From Octopus vulgaris (taxonomy: Eukaryota), in contig OX597823.1 of NCBI GenBank assembly GCA_951406725.2, positions 93,496,001 to 93,560,000 on the forward strand: a stretch of 64,000 nt of DNA, written 5' to 3'. How positions within the stretch are numbered: the first letter of the stretch is position 1; the number at the start of each line of letters is the position of its first letter. The notes beneath the pieces are model-generated. The model saw only the letters and a program-made list of their open reading frames with translations. It made no database searches and had not been told where the DNA came from. Both the position numbers and the translations under genes were made by a program. Below are positions 41,687-53,575 of this stretch, one piece after another.

Positions 41687-44600
41687 ACTTCCAATCTAAA
41701 ATATCAATATTTTAAAATATAAAAATAATAATTTTAAAATAATTAAAGTATTAATGAAAAAATATAAATATATAATCTATATATAACCTATATATAATCC
41801 ATATATAATCAATATATAAACAATATATAAACTAAAATAAACCTATCAACAATTAAATATAAAATATAAAATATAAAATATAAAATATAAAACAAAACAA
41901 AAAATAAACTATATATACACCCATACACATATAACTCATTATATATAACCATATCTAAATACATACACTAAATCACACACCTATATATATATCCCTATAC
42001 ATACACATAAAAACGTCTAGGCAACGATAAATAAATAAATAGCCAAATACTTCAACACAATACTTATTCATACTCCTCAACACACATACAACCCACATTC
42101 CCGCTCTAGAAACGGACATCATTTAAAATTATGAATGGAGAAATGGAATAAATGGAATTAAAAATTATATTCACTTGGTAAAACGAACATTACTTAAAAA
42201 TTATGAATGAAATAATGTAACAAAATAACAGACATCGTAAATAGACACAAATTACTACGAATTCCTTAATAAAACCACCATGACAAACCAAAACTCATAA
42301 AAACATATAATGATAAAATCTCCCTTTACTAAACTCTATAACATACCTATATAGCAATCCCCCTAACCTAAACATTCACACACAAATACACACACGTAAA
42401 CCACACACCCACGACATATACAAATACCCACCTCACTTACACATACCTATACATACATATAAACCTCAATATATACTCCAAAAACCCACTCAACCCCACA
42501 CAGACAAATAAACACATACATCCCCAAACCTATATAGCAAACCCATAAACACATTCACACACAAATATACATACGTAAAACACACACCATATACATATAC
42601 ATACTCACCAAACTCGACATATACAACAATATTAACACACCCACACTCATACAGACAAACAAACTACACTACCAAAACACGCACACACTCACACACAATC
42701 TCACATACATAAACACTCCAAAGAAAAACAACATTATTACACATAATACGATATATAAAATACATCGTAAGTAACCAGAATATCAAAATTAACAATATGA
42801 CATAAGGAGAAATAATATACATACTTTCAAGTCAGTTTCAAATTATGAAGTGAAATTAAATTCTAAGCCGTTAAAAACATCAAACCAAAATTACGTTACC
42901 ATAGGAACATAACTTATGTATAAAAAGAATACGCGCTATGGAAGCAAACGTCATTTAAAATTATGAATGGAGAAATAGAATAAATGGAATTAAAAATTAT
43001 ATTCACGCGGTAAACTAACATTATTTAAAAAAATTATGAATGGATTCTTTAATAAAACTACCATGATAAATTAAAACTCATAAAAAACATAAATGATAAA
43101 ACCTCCCTTTACTAAACCCTATAACATACTTATATAGCAATCCCTTTAACCTATACATTCACACACAAATACACACACGTAAACCACACACCCATAACAA
43201 ATACAAACACCCACCCCCACTCACACCCAGATGGGCGAACTGCACAACCAAAACGCACACACACACGTGTGCGTATTTTGATTGTGCAATTCACCCATCC
43301 GCATGAATGCGGGCGCGAACACACCGTTGCACATATCGAGCCCAACAAGCATGCACATGTACATGTGAGGGGGTACACGCACATGCCGTGCGCGTATACC
43401 CCCCGCACTTATACCCGTGCGCGAATATACACATGGAGACTACCACACAGGTACAAACGTGCATAGCAAAGGGAGCCCCATCACTACACTCAATGCATAC
43501 TCTCACCCATCCGCACGGATGTGGAAGCGAATCACCGGTGCATATATTGAGGCTCATACGTAGCACTATGGAGGCGAACGTCATTAAAATTATGAATGGA
43601 ATAAGTGGAATTGGGAATTGTAGCCGGGTGGTAGGCTAGCGTTGCTTGGAATTGGGAATGGAATAATGTAGTAGAATGGCAGACATCGGGAGTGGACATA
43701 GATTGCTACAAATTGTTTGTTAGGACTGCCAAGATAAACTAAAGCTCATAAATACATATAATAATTTATCATGGTAGTTTTATTAAAGAATCCATTCATA
43801 ATTTTTTTAAGTAGTGTTGGTTTGCCGCGTGGATATAGTTTTTAATTCTATTTATTCTATTTCTCCATTCATAATTTTAAATGACGTTTGCTTCCATAGC
43901 GCGTATTCTTTTTATACATAAGTTATGTTCCTATGGTAACGTAATTTTGGTTTGATTTTTTTAACGGCTTAGAATTTAATTTCACTTCATAATTTGAAAC
44001 TGACTTGAAAGTATGTATATTATTTCTCCTTATGTCATATTGTTATTTTTGATATTCTGGTTAATTACGGTGTATTTTATATATCGTATTATGTGTAATA
44101 ATGTTGTTTTTCTTTGGAGTGTTTATGTATGTGAGATTGTGTGTGAGTGTGTGCGTATTTTAGTTGTATAATTTATTTATCTGTATGAGTGTGGGTGTGT
44201 AAATATTGTTGTATATATCGAGTTTAGTGAGTATGTATATGCGTATATGTGAGCGAGTATATGTATATGTTGTGTGTGTGTGTTTTGCGTATGTGTGTTT
44301 GTGTGTGAATGTGTATATGGGTTTGTTATATAGGTTTGGGGATGTATGTGTTAATTTGTCTGTGTGGGGAGGGAGTGGGTTTTTGGTGTATATTGAGGTT
44401 TATACGTTAGTGTGTGAGTGAGGTGGGTATTTGTATATGTCGTGGGTCTGTGGTTTACGTGTGTGTTTTTGTGTGTGAATGTTTAGGTTAGGGGGATTGC
44501 TATATAGGTTTGTTATAGAGTTTAGCAAAGGGAGATTTTATCATTATATGTTTTTATGAGTTTTGGTTTGTCATGGTAGTTTTATTAAGGGATTCGTAGT

Positions 44601-46371
44601 AATTTGTCTATTTACGATGTTTGTTGTTTTATTACATTGTTTCATTCATAATTTTTGAGTGGTGTTCGTTTTACCACGTGAATATTATTTTTAATTCCAT
44701 TTATTCCATTTCTCCATTCATAATTTTAAAAGATGTTCGTTTCCAGAGCGGGAATACTTTTTATACATATGTTAGGTTCCTTGGTAACGTATTTTTGTTT
44801 GGTGTATATGTTGAGGCTTATATGTACTTGTGGGCGTGTGTGAGTGGGGTGGGTGTTTGTATTTGTTATGGGTGTGTGGTTTACGTGTGTGTATTTGTGT
44901 GTGAATGTATAGGTTAAAGGGATTGCTATATAAGTATGTTATAGGGTTTAGTAAAGGGAGGTTTTATCATTTATGTTTTTTATGAGTTTTTATTTATCAT
45001 GGTAGTTTTATTAAAGAATCCATTCATAATGTTTTTAAATAATGTTAGTTTACCGCGTGAATATAATTTTTAATTCCATTTATTCTATTTCTCCATTCAT
45101 AATTTTAAATGACGTTTGCTTCCATAGCGCGTATTCTTTTTATACATAAGTTATGTTCCTATGGTAACGTAATTTTGGTTTGATGTTTTTAACGGCTTAG
45201 AATTTAATTTCACTTCATAATTTGAAACTGACTTGAAAGTATGTATATTATTTCTCCTTATGTCATATTGTTAATTTTGATATTCTGGTTACTTACGATG
45301 TATTTTATATATCGTATTATGTGTAATAATGTTGTTTTTCTTTGGAGTGTTTATGTATGTGAGATTGTGTGTGAGTGTGTGCGTGTTTTGGTAGTGTAGT
45401 TTGTTTGTCTGTATGAGTGTGGGTGTGTTAATATTGTTGTATATGTCGAGTTTGGTGAGTATGTATATGTATATGGTGTGTGTTTTACGTATGTATATTT
45501 GTGTGTGAATGTGTTTATGGGTTTGCTATATAGGTTTGGGGATGTATGTGTTTATTTGTCTGTGTGGGGTTGAGTGGGTTTTTGGAGTATATATTGAGGT
45601 TTATATGTATGTATAGGTATGTGTAAGTGAGGTGGGTATTTGTATATGTCGTGGGTGTGTGGTTTACGTGTGTGTATTTGTGTGTGAATATTTAGGTTAG
45701 GGGGATTGCTATATAGGTATGTTATAGAGTTTAGTAAAGGGAGATTTTATCATTATATGTTTTTATGAGTTTTGGTTTGTCATGGTGGTTTTATTAAGGG
45801 ATTCGTAGTAATTTGTGTCTATTTACGATGTCTGTTATTTTGTTACATTATTTCATTCATAATTTTTAAGTAATGTTCGTTTTACCAAGTGAATATAATT
45901 TTTAATTCCATTTATTCCATTTCTCCATTCATAATTTTAAATGATGTCCGTTTCTAGAGCGGGAATGTGGGTTGTATGTGTGTGTGAGGGAGTATGAATA
46001 AGTATTGTGTTGAAGTATTTGGCTATTTATTTATTTATCGTTGCCTAGACGTTTTTATGTGTATGTATAGGGATATATATATAGGTGTGTGATTTAGTGT
46101 ATGTATTTAGATATGGTTATATATAATGAGTTATATGTGTATGGGTGTATATATAGTTTATTTTTTGTTTTGTTTTATATTTTATATTTTATATTTTATA
46201 TTTAATTGTTGATAGGTTTATTTTAGTTTATATATTGTTTATATATTGATTATATATGGATTATATATAGGTTATATATAGATTATATATTTATATTTTT
46301 TCATTAATACTTTAATTATTTTAAAATTATTATTTTTATATTTTAAAATATTGATATTTTAGATTGGAAGT

Positions 46372-46414
46372 CCACCTGAAGATTGTCGATCAGGACAAGA
46401 AACAATTGTAGTGG
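46372..46414 (+). ncRNA. Minimal type-I hammerhead ribozyme
   Basis: ccac CTGAAGA ttgtc gatcag gacaa GAAA caattg TA gtgg: intact core, stems I and II perfect, palindromic stem III; predicted cut after 46410. Confidence 0.85.
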
Positions 46415-46747
46415 CGGTTTTTTTGACTTTTTATTAAAATTTTATGTATTGATTAAGTCTTTCCTTGTTTGCTTTGCAAAATAGTGGTTTTGTCTCTAAT
46501 AATATTATATAATATTTTACTATAAAATTGGATTTAATCCTAAATCTGATTTTTTTCCCTGTAAATTTGGATTTATTCCCTAATATTTATTATATATATA
46601 TATATATACTTTATTTAAAGCAGCAGAAAATTCAACAAAACCTGTTACTCTGAGTTTCCCGTTGCCGTTCATAAAGCATATTACTCTGCCACTGGTATTT
46701 GAGTACTCTTTTTTCCACATTGTTTCACATTTATGTGTTTACTCCGG

Positions 46748-46882
<135 letters not shown>

Positions 46883-47139
46883 GTTTGTACCTATACTATG
46901 AGTTTAGTTTCTTTATATAATCTGCTGGACTTAACAGACTGCTTTAGATATGGATTCTCACACTGAGAGAAATGACAGCAAGATCTAATGAAGGACTAAT
47001 GTACCTCAGGTGTAAAAATGTGACGATTTTAAATCAAGAATGTTCTTCATGCCATACTCTAGCATTTACCTATGATGGTCCTGGTGTTCATGTGTATATC
47101 TGTGTGTCTTTGACCTTGTGTGTGTGTGTGTGTGTGTGT

Positions 47140-47383
47140 GTGTTCTTTTACTCTCTCGTTTCAGTCATTCGACTGCGGCCATGCTGGAGAACCGCCTTTA
47201 AAGGCTTTCTTTAGTCGAAGATATCGCCCCTAGAACGTACTCTTTGTAAGGTAAGTCTATTACTTATTCTATCGGTTTCTTTTGCCGAACTGCTACGTAA
47301 CGGGGACGTAAACACACCAACATCGGTTGTGGAGCGATGGTGGGGTACAAACACAGACACAAAGACACACACACATAAATATA

Positions 47384-47434
<51 letters not shown>

Positions 47435-47590
47435 CGGGCTTCTTTCAGTTTCCGTCTACCAAATCCACTCACGACGCTTTGGTCGGGGCCCGAGGCTATA
47501 GTAGAAAAAATTGCCGAAGGTACCACGCAGTAGGACTGAACCCAGAACCATGTTGTTGGGAAGCAAGCTGCCTACCACACAGCCATGCCT
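47140..47590 (-). mobile_element. Family C SINE with internal (TA)n
   Basis: ttcagtttccgtctaccaaatccactcac core; taccacacagcca head (reverse). Confidence 0.88.
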
Positions 47591-48786
47591 ATGCATGTAT
47601 AGATCGAATGCGGTCTGTGCTTCGCTTGAGTTGCAAATATACAGAATAGTCAATCTTAGCAATTAAAACTGTACCACAAATTAATCGATATCTCATACCG
47701 ACAATTGTCTTATTTAAGAGCTGCGTGGGGTAAAATGTATCGCTATAATAATTGCCATTGATTAGTTCAAACAGGAAATTATTAGGAATGGAGGAAGAAG
47801 AGAAAGTAAAAAGCTAGAGCTGGGACATGGATGAGTCTCACTGAGAGCACGTTTGTAAATGTTTATAAAAACGAAACGGATTATGCGTGTAGGTGATTGT
47901 ATGTTTAAAGGCATAAACAATTAGGGAAGGCGCGTGTTTTAGTGGTGAAGGTATTTGTCTCATGGTCGGAAAGTTGTGAGTTCGAACCCGGTAGCGTGTT
48001 GTGTTCGTGAGCAACACAATTTTATTTCACGCTGCTTCAGTCACTCAACTGGTAAAAAGTGAGGCGTACCTGTAAGGGCCAACCTTTTCACATTCAGCGT
48101 CACACTGAATCTCCCTGAGAACTACGTTAAGGGTACATGTGTCTGTGGAGTGCTCAGCCACTTGCATGTTATTTTCACGAGCTGGCTGTTCTGTTGATCG
48201 GGTCAACTGGAACGCTCTTCGTCACAACCGACGAAGAGCCAGTTTACAGAAAGAGGTGCGGTCCTTATGGTGAAGAAGTTGCTTTGCAGTGGTGTGGTTT
48301 CGGTGTCTCTCCCATTGCACCTACCTTGGGTAAATGTCTTCAAATACAACCCGGTGCAGACCAATGCCCTCTGAGTTAATTTGGTAGGCAAAAACGGTAA
48401 GAAAGCCTGTTGCATACATACATATGTGTGTGTTGTCATTATAACAAACTCTTTCTTTCTACATTCTATATATCATAACTATAAATTAAATAAAATTCCA
48501 GTTTTTGTCTTTCCTTGCTATAGCGATTTATTTACTATAGCGATTTCTGAAATACACATGATTAGTAATTCGCAGGAAGAAATCATAAGATTATTAGAAA
48601 ATTGAAAATTATTATAAGTTGGAAATTAGAAGAAATTTACAATAGTTTAAAGTGGCCGAAGACCTTTGCAGGGTACCGTATTTAACTAAATTTAAATTAC
48701 TTTCCGCCCTATGTGAAACATTCTGGCATTCACCTGACTATTAATTTTTTTACGGTGCTGCCTTCTCTGAGTATTTTGACTTTAAC

Positions 48787-48996
48787 GTGGCTGATGACGG
48801 TCAAGGCTGATCTAGAACCCAACCTAGGCTCCCATATCTACGGCGTTCGCAGCTGGAACAAGGAGTGGTTGGAGATCACGCGGTCGTTAGCCTCAAGTCG
48901 CCAGGCCTGGTCGGCGTTTGTGAGAGATGCAGCATTGAGGATGAATGAAGCCAGCTCAACCCACTCCGGGTGAATGCTGTAAAACAACAAAAACAA
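48787..48996 (+). mobile_element. RTE-clade LINE 3' end with TSD
   Basis: TWLMTVKADLEP...WNKEWLEITRSLASSRQAWSAFVRD...; (CAA)-like tail; 8-bp TSD actttaac (48779-48786, 48997-49004). Confidence 0.75.
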
Positions 48997-50090
48997 ACTT
49001 TAACCATTCTTTTAAAACCAGTCTATATTAAGGAAATTCATACATCTCTCTCAATGTTTTTCCATTTATCCAATGTAGTTAGGAATTCCTTCCTCAATGA
49101 AGTTTAATAACACAGAAACATGTACGTTGTCGACACCATATCACTAAATATCAAAATCGTTCTCAACAAAACTCTTGATTTAATTGAAGAAAATTAATTA
49201 AAATTTTGAGACTGTTAAGAAGAATTACACGTTTTCAAATTGATTATTCCACTAAGTAATTTTATTTTGTTTCGAATGTCTTGGTTTGGTACAGAAAGCA
49301 TTCTACCGTACATTTTATAATCAAGAAATGCAAGTCTTACTGTATTACGCATTTGTGTATGTGCCTGAAACATCGTGTGCCAATGGTTTTTGCATGCCAG
49401 TGTAGCTGTGTGTTTGTGTGTGCGTGTGTGTGTGTGTGCGTGTGTGTGTGTGTGCGTGTGTGTGTGTGTGTCTGTGTTTGAGTGAGCAGAGTGAATACAA
49501 AGTCTATGCGCATCTGAGCGTGAGCGGGATACAGAAATAGAGAGAGTGAGAGACATGGAAAGCTGGAAAGAGAAAGAGAAATTGTCGAAATCAATGAAGA
49601 AAACGAAGGCGTGACACTGATACCGGAAATGTGCATTGGCAGTCATCGAGGGGGTGGATGTCTGAAACGACACGGCTTAATTGGAGGCCGGCAGTAAATG
49701 TGGCAATCGATTGCACGGAATAGTCAATGAAAGATTCTCTGATATAAAGGTTATCTAAACAAAACGATTTCTGTAATAGCTAGATTTAACAAACAGAAAA
49801 AAAACACACACATATATGCATGTCTATACATGTATGCATGACTGTATGCATATGTGTGTGTGTGTGTGTGTGTGTGTTAAAATTGCAATGACTAAACGAA
49901 TTTAATGAACGCCATTAGAGTTTGTGTTGTTTTTCATCGTTTTAGAATATTCATGTCATACCAAGGTAAACAGTTCTTTAGAAGACGTATTAAAAATTTG
50001 CTTTTTCAAAATATTCAAAGATACTTTGAGTATATAAACGAGTAAGTAGTTTCATTACTGTCATTTTATCGCCATTTATAATATCTACGT

Positions 50091-50129
<39 letters not shown>

Positions 50130-50322
50130 CGTTCGAGTCTGTGTGTATAGTACTGTCATCTCAAAACCATAAAAAAACTGGTTTTACTGTGAAAAGGGAC
50201 GTGTGATAAAATACATATTTTTCCATTTAGTCATATATCGTCAGAATTATTTTCAGAAATAAAGAAATGACTACGAAACATAATTAACGAGAATACATAC
50301 ATACATAAATATATACATACAT

Positions 50323-50371
<49 letters not shown>

Positions 50372-50576
50372 GTGAAATAGAAAGATGAATAATCTTGTAG
50401 CAGATTAATCAAAAGTTTAACCGATACCTTGGTAGCAAAAATCACAGCAGAAGACAGCACGGTTGGAGGTACAACCATATGGTGTTGCAACCGTGCGTTG
50501 GTGCGGATAATTGAATTTTAATATTATTGGTGAATTGAAGAAATGGAGCTGAACGAAGATTGAACAGAAATCGTTT

Positions 50577-50669
50577 TATTTCATTCTACACGTGTTTCGA
50601 AAGGCACAATTTACCAAAATCCGATTGAATAATGAGACCATATTGTGTCTTTCTCTTCAGGAAGAAATA
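50577..50669 (-). ncRNA. Type-I hammerhead ribozyme (inverted pLTR copy)
   Basis: Reverse complement of 52941-53033. Confidence 0.85.
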
Positions 50670-51029
50670 GGAAATCCGTTGGAAAAAACAAAAACAGAAC
50701 AGAGGCGGAGCAAAACAAATCGAACTAGGCTCCTAAGAGCCCATGGCAAAACTGTTTATCAGTGTATGTTGAGAACCGGTGGTTGAAGATTTTAACGGGT
50801 CAGGCAGCGGTCATTCCTGTGGGTGAGGGTGTGTAGATGTTCTTTGTGACCGAGAATAAAGTTCTGACTATTTAAAGAATATTGGATGTATTATAAGGGA
50901 TGTATTATTGGATGTATTAAGGTTAAGTGTAACGTCTAGGAAATTAGCCTTGGTGAGTTCATTATCAAAAACTATTCTATTAAAAAAAATAGCGACTCCT
51001 ACTGCCCTTACCATAAGCCTTCCACTAAT

Positions 51030-52460
51030 TTGAAGTATGTCAGTGTCTTCTCAAATCATGCCAAAACCGTAACAGAAAATTTGGTTAAAAACATCTCTCT
51101 AAGATTGTCTGGCTTGTCCGCCAGTGCCGATATTTTTATGCAGAAAGCGGAATTTTATAACGCCGCACTATCCAAGGCCGGTTATAGGCAGAAGGTAATT
51201 TATATTGATCCGGCCCTTCCGATGCCATCATTCGGTCATCAGGATAGGGCCGTCTATAATAACATAAACAATTTAAGTAGGGACGGGAGCGCGGCGGGTG
51301 CTGGGGCAGTCGCTCCCGCAATTAATTTAGCGAACAAGGATAATTATCGGTCCGGGAGATCTCACACTAACCCAAAACCCGTTATTCATCCGAGAATCAC
51401 CCATCCGAATGCGAGAGCTGGCGTCCCGACCCATCACATAGATAGGAATAAGCATATATGGTTTGTAATTCCCTTTGGTAAGCAGATTAGAACTAACCTC
51501 CCCCTCATGTTTAGACAAGCCATCGCCAATAACTTCCCCAGAAATTCCAAATATTACTCCACGGTTAACTCGCATAAAGTTAGGATAGCTTTCTCCAACA
51601 CTAAAAACCTCGCCCAGATAATCGCCTCCCATAATAATAGGCTGCTTACTAAGACCCTATCACCTTTTTCCGGAGGCACAGCCTCTTCCGCTCCCGGTTT
51701 AATGCTCAGTAGGAATAATTATAGTAGTAATAATGATATGAGAGCCAGTACAGTGACTCATAATCTCAGCTCCAGCCAGGGATTACACACTAGGGGTATA
51801 GTTATAAATAGGGGTGTTGTAGTTGACGGTAACAATGGCAGTAGGGTAGAGAGTCCCAATAGCAACCCCAGCATCATTTCCGGCAATAGCAGCACCACGG
51901 GCACTAGCAATGACAGCACTCTGATAGATAGTGGAGAATCAGGGGTTATTCCTATAGTTAATAGTGACGTAGTGGAAAATAAAGTAGTAAGCGGCTGCAG
52001 TTCTCGTAACAAATATAGTGACAGTAACGCAGTTCTAATTTCAGAAACTAATCCTAGCAGAATAAGATTCACGTCGGCGAACTCCAAGATCAGAAACGCC
52101 GTCTACCAATGCAAGGTTTACACGGACTCAGATGTCTACGCTTATGTAGGGGCCTCATCGTCAAGATTGGCTTTGCGAATCTCCAATCATTACCCAACTT
52201 TTCGAGACATGAATAAACGCCAGACCACGGGACTCAGCAAGCCAATATGGCGATTGAAGGATACGAACTCAAGCTACAGGCTGGAATGGTCAATTTTGTC
52301 GGTGGCCCTCCCATTTGATAGGGGCAGAAGGAAGTGCAACCTTTGTGTCTCCGAACTCTTCCATATATTGTTCGCCAGAGACCGGATGGTAAACGGACTT
52401 TTACAGTCGGCTTTTCGATGCCCCCATTGGCGGCGTTACACTTATCTGGCTTATAAATAA
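51030..52460 (+). CDS. Penelope-like polyprotein C-terminal half (RT thumb, low-complexity linker, GIY-YIG endonuclease); 5'-truncated, homology starts ~50995
   Basis: YCPYHKPSTNLKYVSVFSNH...NISLRLSGLS...YNAALSKAGY; HIWFVIPFGKQIRTNL; AVYQCKV...YAYVGASS...RISNHYPTF...TTGLSKPIWRLKD...WSIL...KCNLCVSE...CPH. Confidence 0.9.
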   Translation: MKYVSVFSNHAKTVTENLVKNISLRLSGLSASADIFMQKAEFYNAALSKAGYRQKVIYIDPALPMPSFGHQDRAVYNNINNLSRDGSAAGAGAVAPAINLANKDNYRSGRSHTNPKPVIHPRITHPNARAGVPTHHIDRNKHIWFVIPFGKQIRTNLPLMFRQAIANNFPRNSKYYSTVNSHKVRIAFSNTKNLAQIIASHNNRLLTKTLSPFSGGTASSAPGLMLSRNNYSSNNDMRASTVTHNLSSSQGLHTRGIVINRGVVVDGNNGSRVESPNSNPSIISGNSSTTGTSNDSTLIDSGESGVIPIVNSDVVENKVVSGCSSRNKYSDSNAVLISETNPSRIRFTSANSKIRNAVYQCKVYTDSDVYAYVGASSSRLALRISNHYPTFRDMNKRQTTGLSKPIWRLKDTNSSYRLEWSILSVALPFDRGRRKCNLCVSELFHILFARDRMVNGLLQSAFRCPHWRRYTYLAYK

Positions 52461-52940
52461 CGCTTATAAATAATACCTGCACCCATAGCCCTTGGTAATA
52501 AATTCTGAAATAGCCCTTAAGATAATTACGATTAACCACTGCAAGGGGAATTACTCCTGTGAGATAAACGGGGCTTTGTTTTTGACGACGGGGGTTTCTT
52601 TGACAAGGCATGATTAGACGAACACGCGCACACATAAAACATAAAATATTTTTCCGCCACCCAACGGTTTTTACTGCAGTAGCCATTGTGTAGAGCTGTT
52701 TAACAACTGACAGCCGAGCGATCAAACGCACACCACGTACACAAAAAATGTTTTCTACCCCTTGACGGAGTTCTCAGCAGTGACCAGAAAATAGCGCTTC
52801 TTGCCAACCTGCACAAGCACACATATATAGAACAGTAAACACACACATGTCTCTAAGTAGATTTTTTCTCGCCCCTTATAATACATCCAATATTCTTTAA
52901 ATAGTCAGAACTTTATTTTTGTTTTTTCCAACGGATTTCC

Positions 52941-53033
52941 TATTTCTTCCTGAAGAGAAAGACACAATATGGTCTCATTATTCAATCGGATTTTGGTAAA
53001 TTGTGCCTTTCGAAACACGTGTAGAATGAAATA
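52941..53033 (+). ncRNA. Type-I hammerhead ribozyme in the 3' pLTR
   Basis: tatttcttc CTGAAGA gaaagacacaat...attgtgcctttc GAAA cacgtg TA gaatgaaata; 11/12-bp stem II, palindromic stem III; predicted cut after 53023. Confidence 0.88.
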
Positions 53034-53080
53034 AAACGATTTCTGTTCAATCTTCGTTCAGCTCCATTTCTTCAATTCAC

Positions 53081-53126
<46 letters not shown>

Positions 53127-53128
<2 letters not shown>

Positions 53129-53490
53129 TGCAGGAGTGTCTGTGTGGTAAGGAGCTTGCTTATCAACCACATGGTTCCAAGTCCTCATCCCACCGTATGA
53201 CACCTTGGGCAAGTGTCTTCTACTATAGCCTCGTGTGACCAAAGCCTTGTGATTGTATTTGGTAGGCGGAACCTGAAAGAAAAATGTCGTGTATATATAT
53301 GTGTGTGCGTATGTATGTGTATGTGTGTCTGTGTTAGTCCCCACCCCCATCATTTGACAACCGACATTGGTGTCTTTACGTCCCCGAAATATAGCTGTTC
53401 GGCAAATGAATATGTCCTGGGATTGATTTGTTCGACTAAAGACGGTGCTCCTGCATGGCCGCAGTTAAATGACTGAAAAGAATAAAAGAA
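53127..53490 (+). mobile_element. Family C SINE
   Basis: ggtgcaggagtgtctgtgtggtaag head; catggccgcagttaaatgactgaaa tail. Confidence 0.85.
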
Positions 53491-53527
53491 TATATATATA
53501 TACACAGACAGACAGACACACAGACAA

Positions 53528-53575
<48 letters not shown>

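Larger units (their letters stand above)
41551..46590. mobile_element. ~5-kb non-coding foldback element with ~1.67-kb inverted arms and internal tandem units, between (TA)n tracts
   Basis: 41551-43226 (CA-rich) is a near-perfect reverse complement of 44836-46508 (GT-rich); 43765-44755 repeats 44993-45965; hammerhead near each end. Confidence 0.92.
50370..53088 (+). mobile_element. 5'-truncated Penelope-like element with inverted pLTRs, flanked by (TA)n
   Basis: 50522-50695 is the reverse complement of ~52917-53088; 50855-50899 pairs with 52873-52916; encloses the RT-thumb/GIY-YIG ORF. Confidence 0.92.

Noticed and set aside
44830-44860. Additional A->G editing patch
   Set aside because: The Gs are mirrored by Cs in the left arm (43205-43226), so they are not specific to this copy
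51136-52731. Minus-strand ORFs overlapping the Penelope ORF
   Set aside because: Antisense shadows with no independent homology signal
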